64,000 nt of DNA from Diplonema japonicum (taxonomy: Eukaryota; Protista; Euglenozoa: Diplonemea), in contig OZ025747.1 of NCBI GenBank assembly GCA_964019335.1, positions 248,001 through 312,000 on the forward strand, in the 5' to 3' direction. The position numbers were made by a program, and so were the translations under genes. Each line of letters opens with the position of its first letter. Positions within the stretch are counted from its first letter, which is position 1. The notes under the pieces are model-generated. The model was not told where the DNA came from. It saw nothing but the letters and a program-made list of their open reading frames with translations, and made no database searches. Shown piece by piece: positions 36,880 to 47,600 of the stretch.

Positions 36880-37543
36880 GAAAAACAACGTACACGGTAA
36901 CCAAATAACTTTTTTCCACTCAAGTCTGTAAGCAGAATTTCCACCACTGTTTACGGTAACCCACAACTTTTTTTCCACTCAAATGGTTTTTTGTAAAAAT
37001 TTTCCACTCTCCACGGTAACCTATTTTTATTTCCACTAAACCATGTAAGTAAGAACTTTTTTTCCACCGTCCACGGAAACCCACAACTTTTTTTTCCAAC
37101 GTCCACGGTGGAGGTGTGTGTGCACTTGGGGAAAACGTGTAGGCACAACCAGGGCTCGAAAAAAGACACCAAGAATTTCTCCTGGAAGTTGGCAAGGGCG
37201 ATTTCCAAAGACGATTTAAAGCCAAAGCCGAGGTATTGGGCGTCTGATGTACTTCTCCACCCCTCGCCCCCTGCCTGTGAAGGATATGCCAAGGATGACC
37301 TCAAGCCCCCTGTTGTCACGAAGTCACAGATAGGCAGGCCAGCAAAGAGGAAGCGAAGTGAGAGAGAAGGGGAAAATAAATGCAGCAACTTGTAAAAACC
37401 TTTATTACTCAACCGCTGCGCCAGGTGGTTACAGTAAAAAGTGGAAAAAAAGTTGCAGGTTACCGTGGATGGTGGAAAAAAAGTTGGAGGTTTAAGACGA
37501 CGGTGGAAAAAAGTTATTTGGTTACCATGTACGTTGTTTTTCC

Positions 37544-37544
<1 letters not shown>
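36880..37544 (+). mobile_element. Non-autonomous TIR transposon, probably Mutator-like
   Basis: ~39-bp TIR GAAAAACAACGTACA(C/T)GGTAACCAAATAACTTTTTTCCAC at both ends; repeated subterminal CGGTAACC..AACTTTTTTCCAC; internal LKPPVV..GRPAKRKR..KCS like a MULE transposase tail; sits in poly-A. Confidence 0.75.
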
Positions 37545-37588
<44 letters not shown>

Positions 37589-38043
37589 GTTCACTTTTTT
37601 TCTTTTTTTTTTTTTTTTTTGGTCTTACATTGCCGGGAGTGGGGCAAAGAGATAAAAGGGAGGGGAAGGAGAAAAAAAAAAAGATCTGATTTTTCAGTTT
37701 GTTTTTTTGTTTTTTTGTTCCTTCTTGCTTTCTTTCTTTTTGTTATTCTTTTTTTCCTTCCGTTTAAGCAGGCGTCCTTTGTTTGTCGAAGCTACAAACT
37801 TGTTGGGCAGCGCAATGGGTGGGTAAAAAAAAAAAACGCACACAAAAAAAGAAAACACACACACACCCGTGCACACGAACAAAATACAAGCGCCAAAACT
37901 ATTTTTTTCTCACCAAAAAAAGAAAATGTGTGTGGGGGGGTCATAGTAGCTAGCCACTTCGCGTCCCTAAATCACAGTGAACTTTTTTTTCTTTTTTTTT
38001 GGGGACGAAAGCAATGCTCCAGAAGGGGAGTATAAATAGATAG

Positions 38044-38112
38044 CCCCCGCCCAACCCACCCAAGGGCGGCCCTCCATGTGGGGGTTTGTCCTGCACTTCG
38101 AGTTTTTTTTTT
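38044..38112 (+). repeat. Dispersed ~60-bp GC-rich element, copy 2
   Basis: Near-identical to 21736-21800. Confidence 0.85.
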
Positions 38113-38257
38113 TGCCGTCTTCCCCCCCTTTTTTATCCTATTCTCTTCCCTCTTCCATCAAAAAAAAAGGTGATATTTTTTTTTTTCTTCTCTCTGTTCT
38201 CTCTGTTCTCTTTCGTCAGTTTACTGTCAACAAAGGCTGGGTGGGGAGAAGGGGAGA

Positions 38258-40816
38258 ATGACAACCCTCGGCGGGGGAGTGTTGAACGTGGTCAAGGTGT
38301 TAAAACCTCAGGATGACAACGACCACACCGCATCAAGCGACCCTTTGGAAATTTTAGTAACAAGGCTGATCGATGCAGGTAGCGAAATAGAGCGCAAGAG
38401 CGGAAAAGTAGACGGAATGGTGGCCCAGCTTTTAAGAGTTCTGGTAGAATGCCCTCCAGGCGGGCTTGACGTTGAGCCAGAAGAAGCCGTCATATGTGTT
38501 GACTTGTTATTGCAACGAGGCGGAAAAGCCGATGTTGGTGTGAAAGGAAGAAGTATGGCTCTGCAATGTGTGGTGGTGATGTGCAGGGTGCTTCCTGATG
38601 TCCTTCCCCTTACTGAACAAGAGGCTCTCTGCGACACGGTGGCCTCTTTATCCATTGAAAGCAATCTTTGTTCAGAAGGGTTGACCTTAGTTTGTATTTT
38701 CGGCCCGAAAGCCTTCCCCCCTGAAGTGATCGAAGCGCTCATCACAACGCCGCCTAGCCCTTCCGTCAATGTCTTCAAAGTGCTGGCAGCGTGCATTGCA
38801 CTTTCCGAGGAGTACCGGTCTGTGTTTGCTAACGTCTCGCCGTACCTTCTTCAACACGTGGCTTCGCATCCTGTGGAGATCACTCATCTGCTTCTTGCCG
38901 AGCAGAACACGATCCCCGTGTTCCTCCCCGCCTTGACCCTTCTGGCACCTCTACCGATGGTGTTCCACCTTGCTGCATTGGCGTCTGCTGTACCTTCTTG
39001 TATCGTATCGCTTGTGCTTGACAATCTTGAGGCAGGTGCCTTAGGCGACGGTGAAGAGGGAAGCTTGCTTGCCGTTCACGGGTACTGCACGCTGTCGTAC
39101 GACATCCCCGAGGACTATGAAGGGCGACGGAGGGAGCTCGTCGAGAACAGCGTGCTGAGCATGGTCAGGACAGGGGGGTTCGCAGCGCTGCCGTTCAAGG
39201 TGATGGCAGCGATGTTGCGTGTGGTGGACAGATGTGGCGTAACGCTAGGGGAGGAAGAGGTCGTAGGGTTGTTAGTGGTGCTGAAGAAGGTCTACCCTCA
39301 GGTCAAACATGATGCAAGCCAGGATGGTGCAACCTGTGAGTGGACGTCTGGCACCCTTACTGCTCTTGACACCGCTGACGCGTCCTTGCTTCTCGCACGG
39401 CACTTGCTTTCTATTCTTCGTAGCAATTTGGATGCCAATGCACCGCATCCATTCTCGTATACTCCCCCTACTCCGTGGTCGCCCGCCTTTTATCCCCACC
39501 CTCCCCTCTCCCACTTCCCCCACAAACCCCTGGAGTGTCTCAGTACCCTCTGTAACCCTCTCCTCGCCTCCGCGGCTGCCGGTATTATGATTACCAAGGC
39601 CCAGATGGAGGATCTGCAGGACACGAAGCGCCGTGCAGCGACGGTCATCAAGAGGGCCTATAAAGCGTACCAGTCCCGTGATGGGGTGCGGCGTGCCATC
39701 CAGCACTACCAAGCGGTGCGGTATGCCGTGTTCATACAGAGGATATACCGCGGGCACAGACAACGACTCAGGTACAGGAGAACCCAACACAGAAGGGAAG
39801 TCATTCGGAAAGAAGAAGGAAGATGGAGGGAAAGGGTGGAGAAGAGATTCGAGGAGGGGTGTGAGTGGCTGCAAAACGTGAGCGTGTACTTAGACAGTCT
39901 TCGAACTATACATGCTGTGGAGGAGGAACGACGTGAGAGGGCGTTCGTTGAAAGAAGCTGCTGTTTATGGTCCGACTTCTACGGAGGGTTGGCAGCAGTC
40001 ACAGCGGAAGAAGATATAGGGTACACAGCATTGTACGAGTGCTACTTGTGGGGGAACGTGGCATCTGCTTGGTCGCCGGCAGAAGCCATGCAACTTGTTA
40101 TGTACACAAAAGGTCTTCGCAAACTACATGCTGAGGCAGAAGCACATCGTGTGGCCATCCAATCCCTCTGTAGCAAGCATCACGTGAAGGCTAAACGCCG
40201 GGAGGTACGGAACAAAGCGCAACGACAGCTTTTTCAGGCACACACGGAGGTCTCATATGCCGTATCACAAGAGGAAGCAGATGAAAGGGCTGACATAGCA
40301 AGGAAACACTTCAAAGTCACATACACGGTAAGAGAGAAGGCAACAAGAGTGCGGGTAACGCGCAGTGAGCGGAAGTTAAGAAGCATCGTCGAGCGGGCAA
40401 GGTCAGAGGGAGTCGAAATGATCGGGAGAGTGATTTTAGTGAACGAGTGGCACGAAGTCCTTCGGTGCATTGTGGGTTGCTGGAACGACATGTCCCTCGT
40501 CACACCCGGCATGGTGGTGGCTGTGCTGGTGATCATTGCCTGCAGTAGCAAGTCGCATCACGCAGGCTGTTTTGTAACCGCTGTGCTGGCCACTTTGGCC
40601 TGTACTGCTTCTCAGTGCGATGACACTTTTTCCGTCCTTGTCACCGCTGTTACTACGCGGCTCACCCACCACCACCGCCCTGTCATGCCTGTGATTAACT
40701 ACCGCTTCAGCACCACCTCCCTCGCAGATGCTCCGCTGGTACAGAAACGGCATTCCGCTCCAAACCCGAGAAGGCGATCCACTCGAAGGAAGTCTTCCAT
40801 CTTCATTGCCTTTTAA
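38258..40816 (+). CDS. Uncharacterised 852-aa protein with helical N-terminus and IQ motifs
   Basis: Long ORF; IKRAYKAYQSR, IQRIYRGHRQR. Confidence 0.75.
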   Translation: MTTLGGGVLNVVKVLKPQDDNDHTASSDPLEILVTRLIDAGSEIERKSGKVDGMVAQLLRVLVECPPGGLDVEPEEAVICVDLLLQRGGKADVGVKGRSMALQCVVVMCRVLPDVLPLTEQEALCDTVASLSIESNLCSEGLTLVCIFGPKAFPPEVIEALITTPPSPSVNVFKVLAACIALSEEYRSVFANVSPYLLQHVASHPVEITHLLLAEQNTIPVFLPALTLLAPLPMVFHLAALASAVPSCIVSLVLDNLEAGALGDGEEGSLLAVHGYCTLSYDIPEDYEGRRRELVENSVLSMVRTGGFAALPFKVMAAMLRVVDRCGVTLGEEEVVGLLVVLKKVYPQVKHDASQDGATCEWTSGTLTALDTADASLLLARHLLSILRSNLDANAPHPFSYTPPTPWSPAFYPHPPLSHFPHKPLECLSTLCNPLLASAAAGIMITKAQMEDLQDTKRRAATVIKRAYKAYQSRDGVRRAIQHYQAVRYAVFIQRIYRGHRQRLRYRRTQHRREVIRKEEGRWRERVEKRFEEGCEWLQNVSVYLDSLRTIHAVEEERRERAFVERSCCLWSDFYGGLAAVTAEEDIGYTALYECYLWGNVASAWSPAEAMQLVMYTKGLRKLHAEAEAHRVAIQSLCSKHHVKAKRREVRNKAQRQLFQAHTEVSYAVSQEEADERADIARKHFKVTYTVREKATRVRVTRSERKLRSIVERARSEGVEMIGRVILVNEWHEVLRCIVGCWNDMSLVTPGMVVAVLVIIACSSKSHHAGCFVTAVLATLACTASQCDDTFSVLVTAVTTRLTHHHRPVMPVINYRFSTTSLADAPLVQKRHSAPNPRRRSTRRKSSIFIAF

Positions 40817-40945
40817 AAAGCTTTCCTTACGTAATTCTTCATTTACACGAAGATGGCTCCATTCGATTGTTGAGAGTCAACTTTTATTTTATCCCCCCAC
40901 ATTCGCCGCGTTCCAACAACTTTCTTGCAACAGAAGAAAAAGAAA

Positions 40946-43558
40946 ATGCGCATCTTAATAGCAGCAGCATTGCTAGGCGTCGCAGTTGGGTCGATGCCGT
41001 CTCTTGTCGAAGACTGGCATTACCCTTCTGAGGAGCCCGCACAGAGCAAAGCGATGGCGGTCCCGCATGTAGTGAGCATTGCGGGTGGAAATGTGAGTAT
41101 GACAGTAAACGGGTCCACCGGTAGTGGCGCTGTTGGTCAGATTGTACTTGGGTGGGCCGTGAACTACGTGGCGGACGATGGGTGTGTGCTGGAAAAGGAC
41201 TACCAGAGGTGGGGGACCATCATATTCTACGAAGGAAACGCTGCCGCCGGTTATAAAATGTCAAGAAAGATCAGGAAAGGCACTGGTCTTGCCAGCGAAG
41301 TGGTGCGCCCGCTGTACAACCTCTCAGGTTGGAACGCCCAGTACTTCGACCTCGCCACCAACTCCCCGGACGACTACCTTGGGAGCCTCCTTAGAGAGAA
41401 CTCCGTTAACAACGAGCCGCAGTTCGCAGTGGCGGCCTCGCTTCTGACTCCTTCCAGAGACTACACCATGGTGGGGGTACCAGGGTCCATCACAAAGTAC
41501 TCGGTGTCGCAATGCGGTATAATCAAAATCGCGAACTTCTCCATCTACACCCCTGAAGTGGGGAAGACCGAAAAGGATCCTTGCGGGACGACGGTGTTCG
41601 ACCCGCGGAAGTACACCTCGTACTGGCCCGAGAACGGGTGGACCGACTACAAAACAGCCCTTCTCGGAGGGCATTTAATGGCCATCACTATCTCTGCTCG
41701 TGACGCCGCCACAGGGATGGGATTCCAGATGGCGGTGTACCCCAACTCAACTTCACCGCTGGGTGAAGTATTGGTCAGAATCGGGGAACCGTCAGACGGT
41801 AAAACAGGGTCTGTCCTAAACTACCGATACTACAGCACTGATATGAAAGGGACACAAGCATCCACGAATGAAAGGTTCTACTCTGGGCTGCAGCAGTACG
41901 CGCAGTGGGTGGACCAGTTCATGACGGGAGTGATGGAGGTGTCCCTGCCCTACAGCACGGAGGGGCAGCGTGTTGTTGACATGTCCAAGGCCATGATCCT
42001 GGCGTGCGCCTCTGTGTGGGAGAAGTTGTACCCCAACTACGGTGACGGGAACAACTACTGGTCCATCACAAACGACGACCGTGGTTCGCTCCCCCTGCAG
42101 ACATTCTCTCTCGATAATGCCATGATGGAGTGGGGGCTGGCACAAGGCGCTGCGGACAGGGTAGCCTTTTACTTCCATCAATTTATCAGAGGCAGCAACG
42201 GGAACACACCGGAACCCTACAACTCGAGCGGCGTTCCGGGGTCGATCGACTGGAAACACTGGGAGGACTCATGCCCTGGTGCATTCGCAGACGGGCTTTC
42301 TGACTACGGCAGGTTGACACACCTATACATCGACGCGGCAAGGGCAATGGAACCAGTGGACGGGGGGAAATGGAGAATAGCGAACTACCCGCAGATGAAA
42401 AACCTTGCTACACACCTTCTTGAGATGAGGAGGACGGCGGTGAAGAACAACACACCGTACCCGCATACGGGGCTTATTTACGGGCCTGCTGAACACGACA
42501 CATGCAGGACGCAGGAATATTACTTCTCTGTGAACTTCTGGTCGTGGAGGGGCATGTTCGCCCTGAGCAGGTACCTGAACGAGACGGGCATGGACGCGGA
42601 GTTTGCAACAACGCTCGCTGTGGAGGCGGAGGCGTTCCATGCTGACATCACGGTGGCATTGGACGCGTCGATCGTTAAGACGACAGACGGGAAGCTCTTC
42701 ATCCCTCCTTACGCAGGCCTCAACATCGTTCCTTTCAAGACCATGGTGCAGGACACGATGGCGTCGTACTCCAACTTCAGGTACTACAGCGAGATGCTGT
42801 CTTCGGGCTTCATGAACGCTTCCTTGTCGGTCATGCTGCAGGAGTTCAGGGAGAGCCACGAAGGGATGCTCTCGGGAATGACCAGGTACACAAACCACTT
42901 GGACGACATGCCCGCTGTGGGGTACGCCTTATCGTCTGCGCTGACAAGCAGGATCCCGTCCTTCCAGACATTGATGTTTGGGCATATTGCGAACTACCAG
43001 TCGCGTGGGTCGTTCATGTCTACGGAGCAGCTTTCGTTGTATGGTGATGGCAACACGAACTCGTACAGGGCGTACCTGAACGCGGCACCGGGTGCTACTC
43101 AGCCAAATGAGGTTGACATAGACTTTTGCGTGCCGTCGTCATCGCTGATCGCGTTCATGTTGAAGTACTCCCTTATGCTGCAGGAGATTGATTTGGACGA
43201 GGTGCACCTTCTCCGAGGTGCTCCGTCCAGATGGTACAACCCTTCCATCTCCGTCACAAAAGCACCTACTAGGTACGGGGCGGTGAGCTTCGTCACTCAG
43301 TTTGCTGCGAGCACGTTCACGGCCGACCTCACGCTTGACTTGACTGGGCATGGGTACCTTGAGGCTTCTAAGCAGCTTACGTTCGACATTAAGGTTCTTA
43401 ACCCCCTTAACCCCGCTGCGCGATTCACATCCGCAAGCATCACAGCTGGTTCCTCCCTCTCGGTTACGAGTAGCAACCCTGACACTGGTGTTGTGACTAT
43501 GCGATACACGGGGAATGTCAGTGGAGTTTCTCAGGTTACCCTTACCGTAGGTTTCTGA
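40946..43558 (+). CDS. Secreted glycoside-hydrolase-like protein (predicted (alpha/alpha)6 barrel plus C-terminal beta domain)
   Basis: Signal peptide MRILIAAALLGVAVG; many NxS/T sites; GLIYGPAEHD..YYFSVNFWSWRG; LLRGAPSRW..VTKAPTRYGAVSF typical of six-hairpin glycosidase C-termini. Confidence 0.7.
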   Translation: MRILIAAALLGVAVGSMPSLVEDWHYPSEEPAQSKAMAVPHVVSIAGGNVSMTVNGSTGSGAVGQIVLGWAVNYVADDGCVLEKDYQRWGTIIFYEGNAAAGYKMSRKIRKGTGLASEVVRPLYNLSGWNAQYFDLATNSPDDYLGSLLRENSVNNEPQFAVAASLLTPSRDYTMVGVPGSITKYSVSQCGIIKIANFSIYTPEVGKTEKDPCGTTVFDPRKYTSYWPENGWTDYKTALLGGHLMAITISARDAATGMGFQMAVYPNSTSPLGEVLVRIGEPSDGKTGSVLNYRYYSTDMKGTQASTNERFYSGLQQYAQWVDQFMTGVMEVSLPYSTEGQRVVDMSKAMILACASVWEKLYPNYGDGNNYWSITNDDRGSLPLQTFSLDNAMMEWGLAQGAADRVAFYFHQFIRGSNGNTPEPYNSSGVPGSIDWKHWEDSCPGAFADGLSDYGRLTHLYIDAARAMEPVDGGKWRIANYPQMKNLATHLLEMRRTAVKNNTPYPHTGLIYGPAEHDTCRTQEYYFSVNFWSWRGMFALSRYLNETGMDAEFATTLAVEAEAFHADITVALDASIVKTTDGKLFIPPYAGLNIVPFKTMVQDTMASYSNFRYYSEMLSSGFMNASLSVMLQEFRESHEGMLSGMTRYTNHLDDMPAVGYALSSALTSRIPSFQTLMFGHIANYQSRGSFMSTEQLSLYGDGNTNSYRAYLNAAPGATQPNEVDIDFCVPSSSLIAFMLKYSLMLQEIDLDEVHLLRGAPSRWYNPSISVTKAPTRYGAVSFVTQFAASTFTADLTLDLTGHGYLEASKQLTFDIKVLNPLNPAARFTSASITAGSSLSVTSSNPDTGVVTMRYTGNVSGVSQVTLTVGF

Positions 43559-44239
43559 TCAGTTTTTTTTAACTTTTTTTTTCTCCCTCTTCTTCGATTG
43601 CGTGGCAAACGTTCTTTCTTTCTTTTCTTTTTCTTTTCTTTTCTTTTTTTTCCCCCGAGGAAAGGCACACGTACCAGCTATGGGACAGGCAACAACACAA
43701 AGGAAGCGTTTTGAGGCACCAAGGGGTCGTGGATATATAGTATGGCGATGGGGTGTCTCGATATAACTTTACAAAGCGTTGTTGAGCCGATATTTGAAAA
43801 GAGGGGTGGGAGAAGGAATAGGCATGAGGAAGGAAAAAAAAAAGAAAAAAAAAAAAGAAATAGGGGAAATTGAGAAAATACTTTCCACCGAGGGTATATT
43901 CCAATTTTTTGTGGCTATCTATCCCTTCATATCTCAAGTCACAAGCAAGCACCCGGTTTTGTCACGTGCAACACTGTTTACATCCTCCCTTTCTTTCTTC
44001 TTGTCTCACTCTAAAAAAATAACTTTTGCAGAACCCCCCTCCCCCTTTTTTTGTGTGTGGTTCTAGACCCTTATTGGGGGAAAAAAAATAAATGTTAGCA
44101 GCATTATGCGATATAAATAATCTTCTTTAGTACTTGCTTTGTACACGGTTTATGAAGCAACTAAAAGTCATTCTTTTTTCAGTGGAAAGAATGTAAGTAT
44201 CCGTTGCGCACCCTCGCCTTTCTTGTCTTTCTTCATTTT

Positions 44240-44292
<53 letters not shown>

Positions 44293-44654
44293 ATATTTTT
44301 TCCCCTTATGGACGCAACCCGTTTCTCGAGTTATTTTTTTTTTTTTTTTTTTTCTTTCAATAATCTTTTATACGTTTTCATATTCAAAAAAAAAGAAAGT
44401 AATTGAAGACTTGACGTACTTGTGTCGGAGCAAAAAAAAAAGAAAAAAAGTACATTAGCGGAAAAAAAAAGAGAAAAAAAACCCCTTTTTTTTCTCTTTT
44501 TTTTCCCTCCTCCGCCGTGTAATGCAAACAAAAGACATGAGGCTAATTCAAATATCCCCCCCCCCCCCCCCGATTCTTTTACATGCAAAAAAAAAACAAA
44601 ACAATAACAAACAAAGGATACCCCTCTCCCCCAAAAAAGAAAAACAGGGAGGAA

Positions 44655-47600
44655 ATGGCGAAGAAAAAGAAGGCGAAGAAGAAGGTGGAGGCGGCACTCT
44701 TCACGATGTCAGATGCGAGCCAAGAAGACGGCGAGGCACCAAAGAAGCGGGGCAAGAAAAAGAGCAAACTGCTCGCCACTGCTTCCGACTCAGCTTCTCA
44801 AGCAACCTCATTTGTGTCGCAAAGCGAAATGGATGAAGTCGCATCACTAGCGTCATCTTCCACCGCTCCCAGTAAAAGGATACGGTCAAGAAAAGCGGGG
44901 CCTCGTGCGCCACTTGAACCAATCTCTCCCCTCACCTCTCTCGATGTCTTTTTCACATATGAGGGCACACATGCTCCCATGTCTATGGTTGCTCGTCTCC
45001 TTGCATCTGTGTCATTAATGTCAATCTTCCTTCTTTCCCTACTTCGAGGGAAGTCGTTGGACACTGACGTTCCCTCTGATCGAACAAGCCACCTTCGACG
45101 TGCTTACGACATCACCTTTCCCCCAGAGTACTTAGATGCGTCGTCTGTCCCTCTCAACGTGGTCGCCAAGAGCACTGTGATGACTGGTAATGTAGCGCAG
45201 ATGGTCGCAGACGGGTGCAAGCTCGTGGGCATTACTCCCAAGGGCAACATGCTAACAAAACAGCAGCTTGGCGTTTTTCTGTCCCGCTACAATCTTCAGA
45301 AAGTTCTTGACGAGATTATCTGCACAGCCGCTCTCAACGAAGCGGAACATGAGAACCGCTTTACCATCTCCATGGAGTGCGGCACCACGTGGACGTCCAT
45401 CTCGGACCACTATGAGAATATCATCCTGCCGAGCCTTTCTGCGATCAAGATTCAAAAACGATGGCGGTGCAAGCAAGCCCGTCGGATATTCCAAGCAAAG
45501 ATGAACCTCAGAATGCAAGGCCTTGATGGGGACGACATCGATATCGCCGCCCGCAGGACAGCACTCAACAAGGTCAACTCGAACGCCCTCTGCGCGGTGC
45601 TGAACCTCAACAACCTGCACGGCATCTTGCAAAAGTCCGGCTTTCTGTTAACGTGTATCTTATGCCACGTAACAGCCTCGGAGCGGCCCGCCGCAACGTT
45701 GAAGTCAAAAGAACTGCTTCTTCTAAGCAGAGCATACGGCGTGAAGATAACCGACAGTGCGGGTGTCACCGTGTGGAACATCAGCAACATGTTAAAAACA
45801 CACCGGGAAGGCTTGCAGCAGTTGCTCCTGGACGCCTTAGACCTTGCAGGCGTGGTGATGGATTGCAACACGATCAACGTGAACCAGTTCATGGACTTCC
45901 TGCAGTTCTTCAATGTGGAGAAGACTCTGCGAGATGAGCTGGTTTCTCTTGGCTGCCTGAAGTCCCCCACCGACATGTTGAACAATGGGATCTTCTGCTT
46001 GCTGTCAGGCCAAGGTGTCGAACCCGTGCTGCGCGCCACTCTCGTGAACGAAGAGACTCAGTTTCGCTCGGAGCTAACATACATTGCGGATAGACTGGCA
46101 GACTCCACTGTCCCTAAGAGGCAGTACGATTTCGTCGAGTCTGAGGTGCGGATACCCCTCACAGCCTTCAAAACAGATAAGGAGCTCATTCTCTACGGCG
46201 ACACAGAAGACTATGGGAAGATCCTCATCGTGCAGCGGACGTGGCGGATGGCACTGTGGAGAAAGCGTGTCCGACTGGCTGTGAAGCGGCTGGAAGCGTT
46301 TTGGAAGACTGTGAACCGTGTGAAACTGTTCAGGCGGCAGTTAAGTTGGCTGAAGAAGCGACGTCGACTCCTGAAAGATCCTGGCACACACATTCAGTGG
46401 GCCCGCGTCAAACGGATTGGTAAGGGGCACCTTGCTAGGATGGACCTGAAGCTCTTGCAGAGTAAACAACAAACGGCGGTAACGCTACAGAGGATAGGCA
46501 GGGGCTTCTTGGGGAGGTCCTGGGAGGTGTTCGTGCCTGTACGGAGTCTTGCAGCGGAAGTGGTGCAGCGAGTAGGGCGCGCTTACATGGAACGTGCAGA
46601 AGGTTTCATGGTGTACTGCCAGAAGTGCTACATCATCCAACAGTGCACGGTGTTGCAGCAGACAGGGAGAGCTTTTACTGCGCGGTCCGCGTTGTTTAAA
46701 CAACATGTGGTCAAGCATGTGTCATTGCTCCAGAAGGCAGGCAGAGCGCACATCCAGAGGCACGCCTTGTGCGGTGCACACTACATTCGAAATGCAGTGC
46801 TGCTGCAACGTGTAGGCAGAGGTCTGCGCTGCAGGGCCATTGTTCGCAGCAAGCACGTGCTTCGTGTGTTGGACGATTCAGCACGAAAGCTACAGAAGGC
46901 AGGGTGGGGGTGCATTCAGCGTCGAAGACTGCACGGTTCATACAAGGTAGCTGTGGGTGTGAAGGTCGCGCAGAGGATGGGCAGAGCACACACAGCCAGA
47001 GTGCACTTCGGCTTCAGATGGTTCGAGAAGCAGCTCGGCATTCTGCAGCATGTAGGGCGCAGTCTGAAGTGCCGACTGCTGCTCAAGCAACAGTTCCTCG
47101 AACAGAGTGCACATCTCAAACTTCTACAAAGGGCAGGCAGGGGTGGAGCCACGCGAGCCGCGCTCTGCTCTGAACGACACAATGAGCTTCAGCAAGCAAT
47201 ACTAATGCTGCAGCGCACAGGGAAGGGCACAATGGACAGGTCGCGGTGCAAACGTCTCTATGCTGTGCGGTGTCTTTTACGTGTGGCAAGAGGGAGTGCT
47301 GCGAGGAACGGTCTCCGTGACATACACAAATATATGACAAAGGTGGCCACCACAATACAAAGTCGTGTGAGGCAGTGGCGGGCGAGAGCCCGCTTCGAGA
47401 TGCTAAAGAACCGTATGATGCGCAGAAAGAAGCACTCCGTGAAGATCCACCAGGCTATGCGCATGTACCACGCGAAGCGGGCCTTGACAAGCTTCGAGGA
47501 AGTGGAGGCAGCGAACAAGATAAAGCTGGCCTGGAACAATATGAAACTGCGTCGTGAGGTTTACAGGCGGGTAGAGGGGAGGCATGCTGCACGCATTCAG

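Noticed and set aside
36890-37530. Repeated CGGTAACC..TTTTTCCAC units as a CRISPR-like array
   Set aside because: The units are degenerate and inverted at the other end; they are transposon subterminal repeats, and no cas genes are present.
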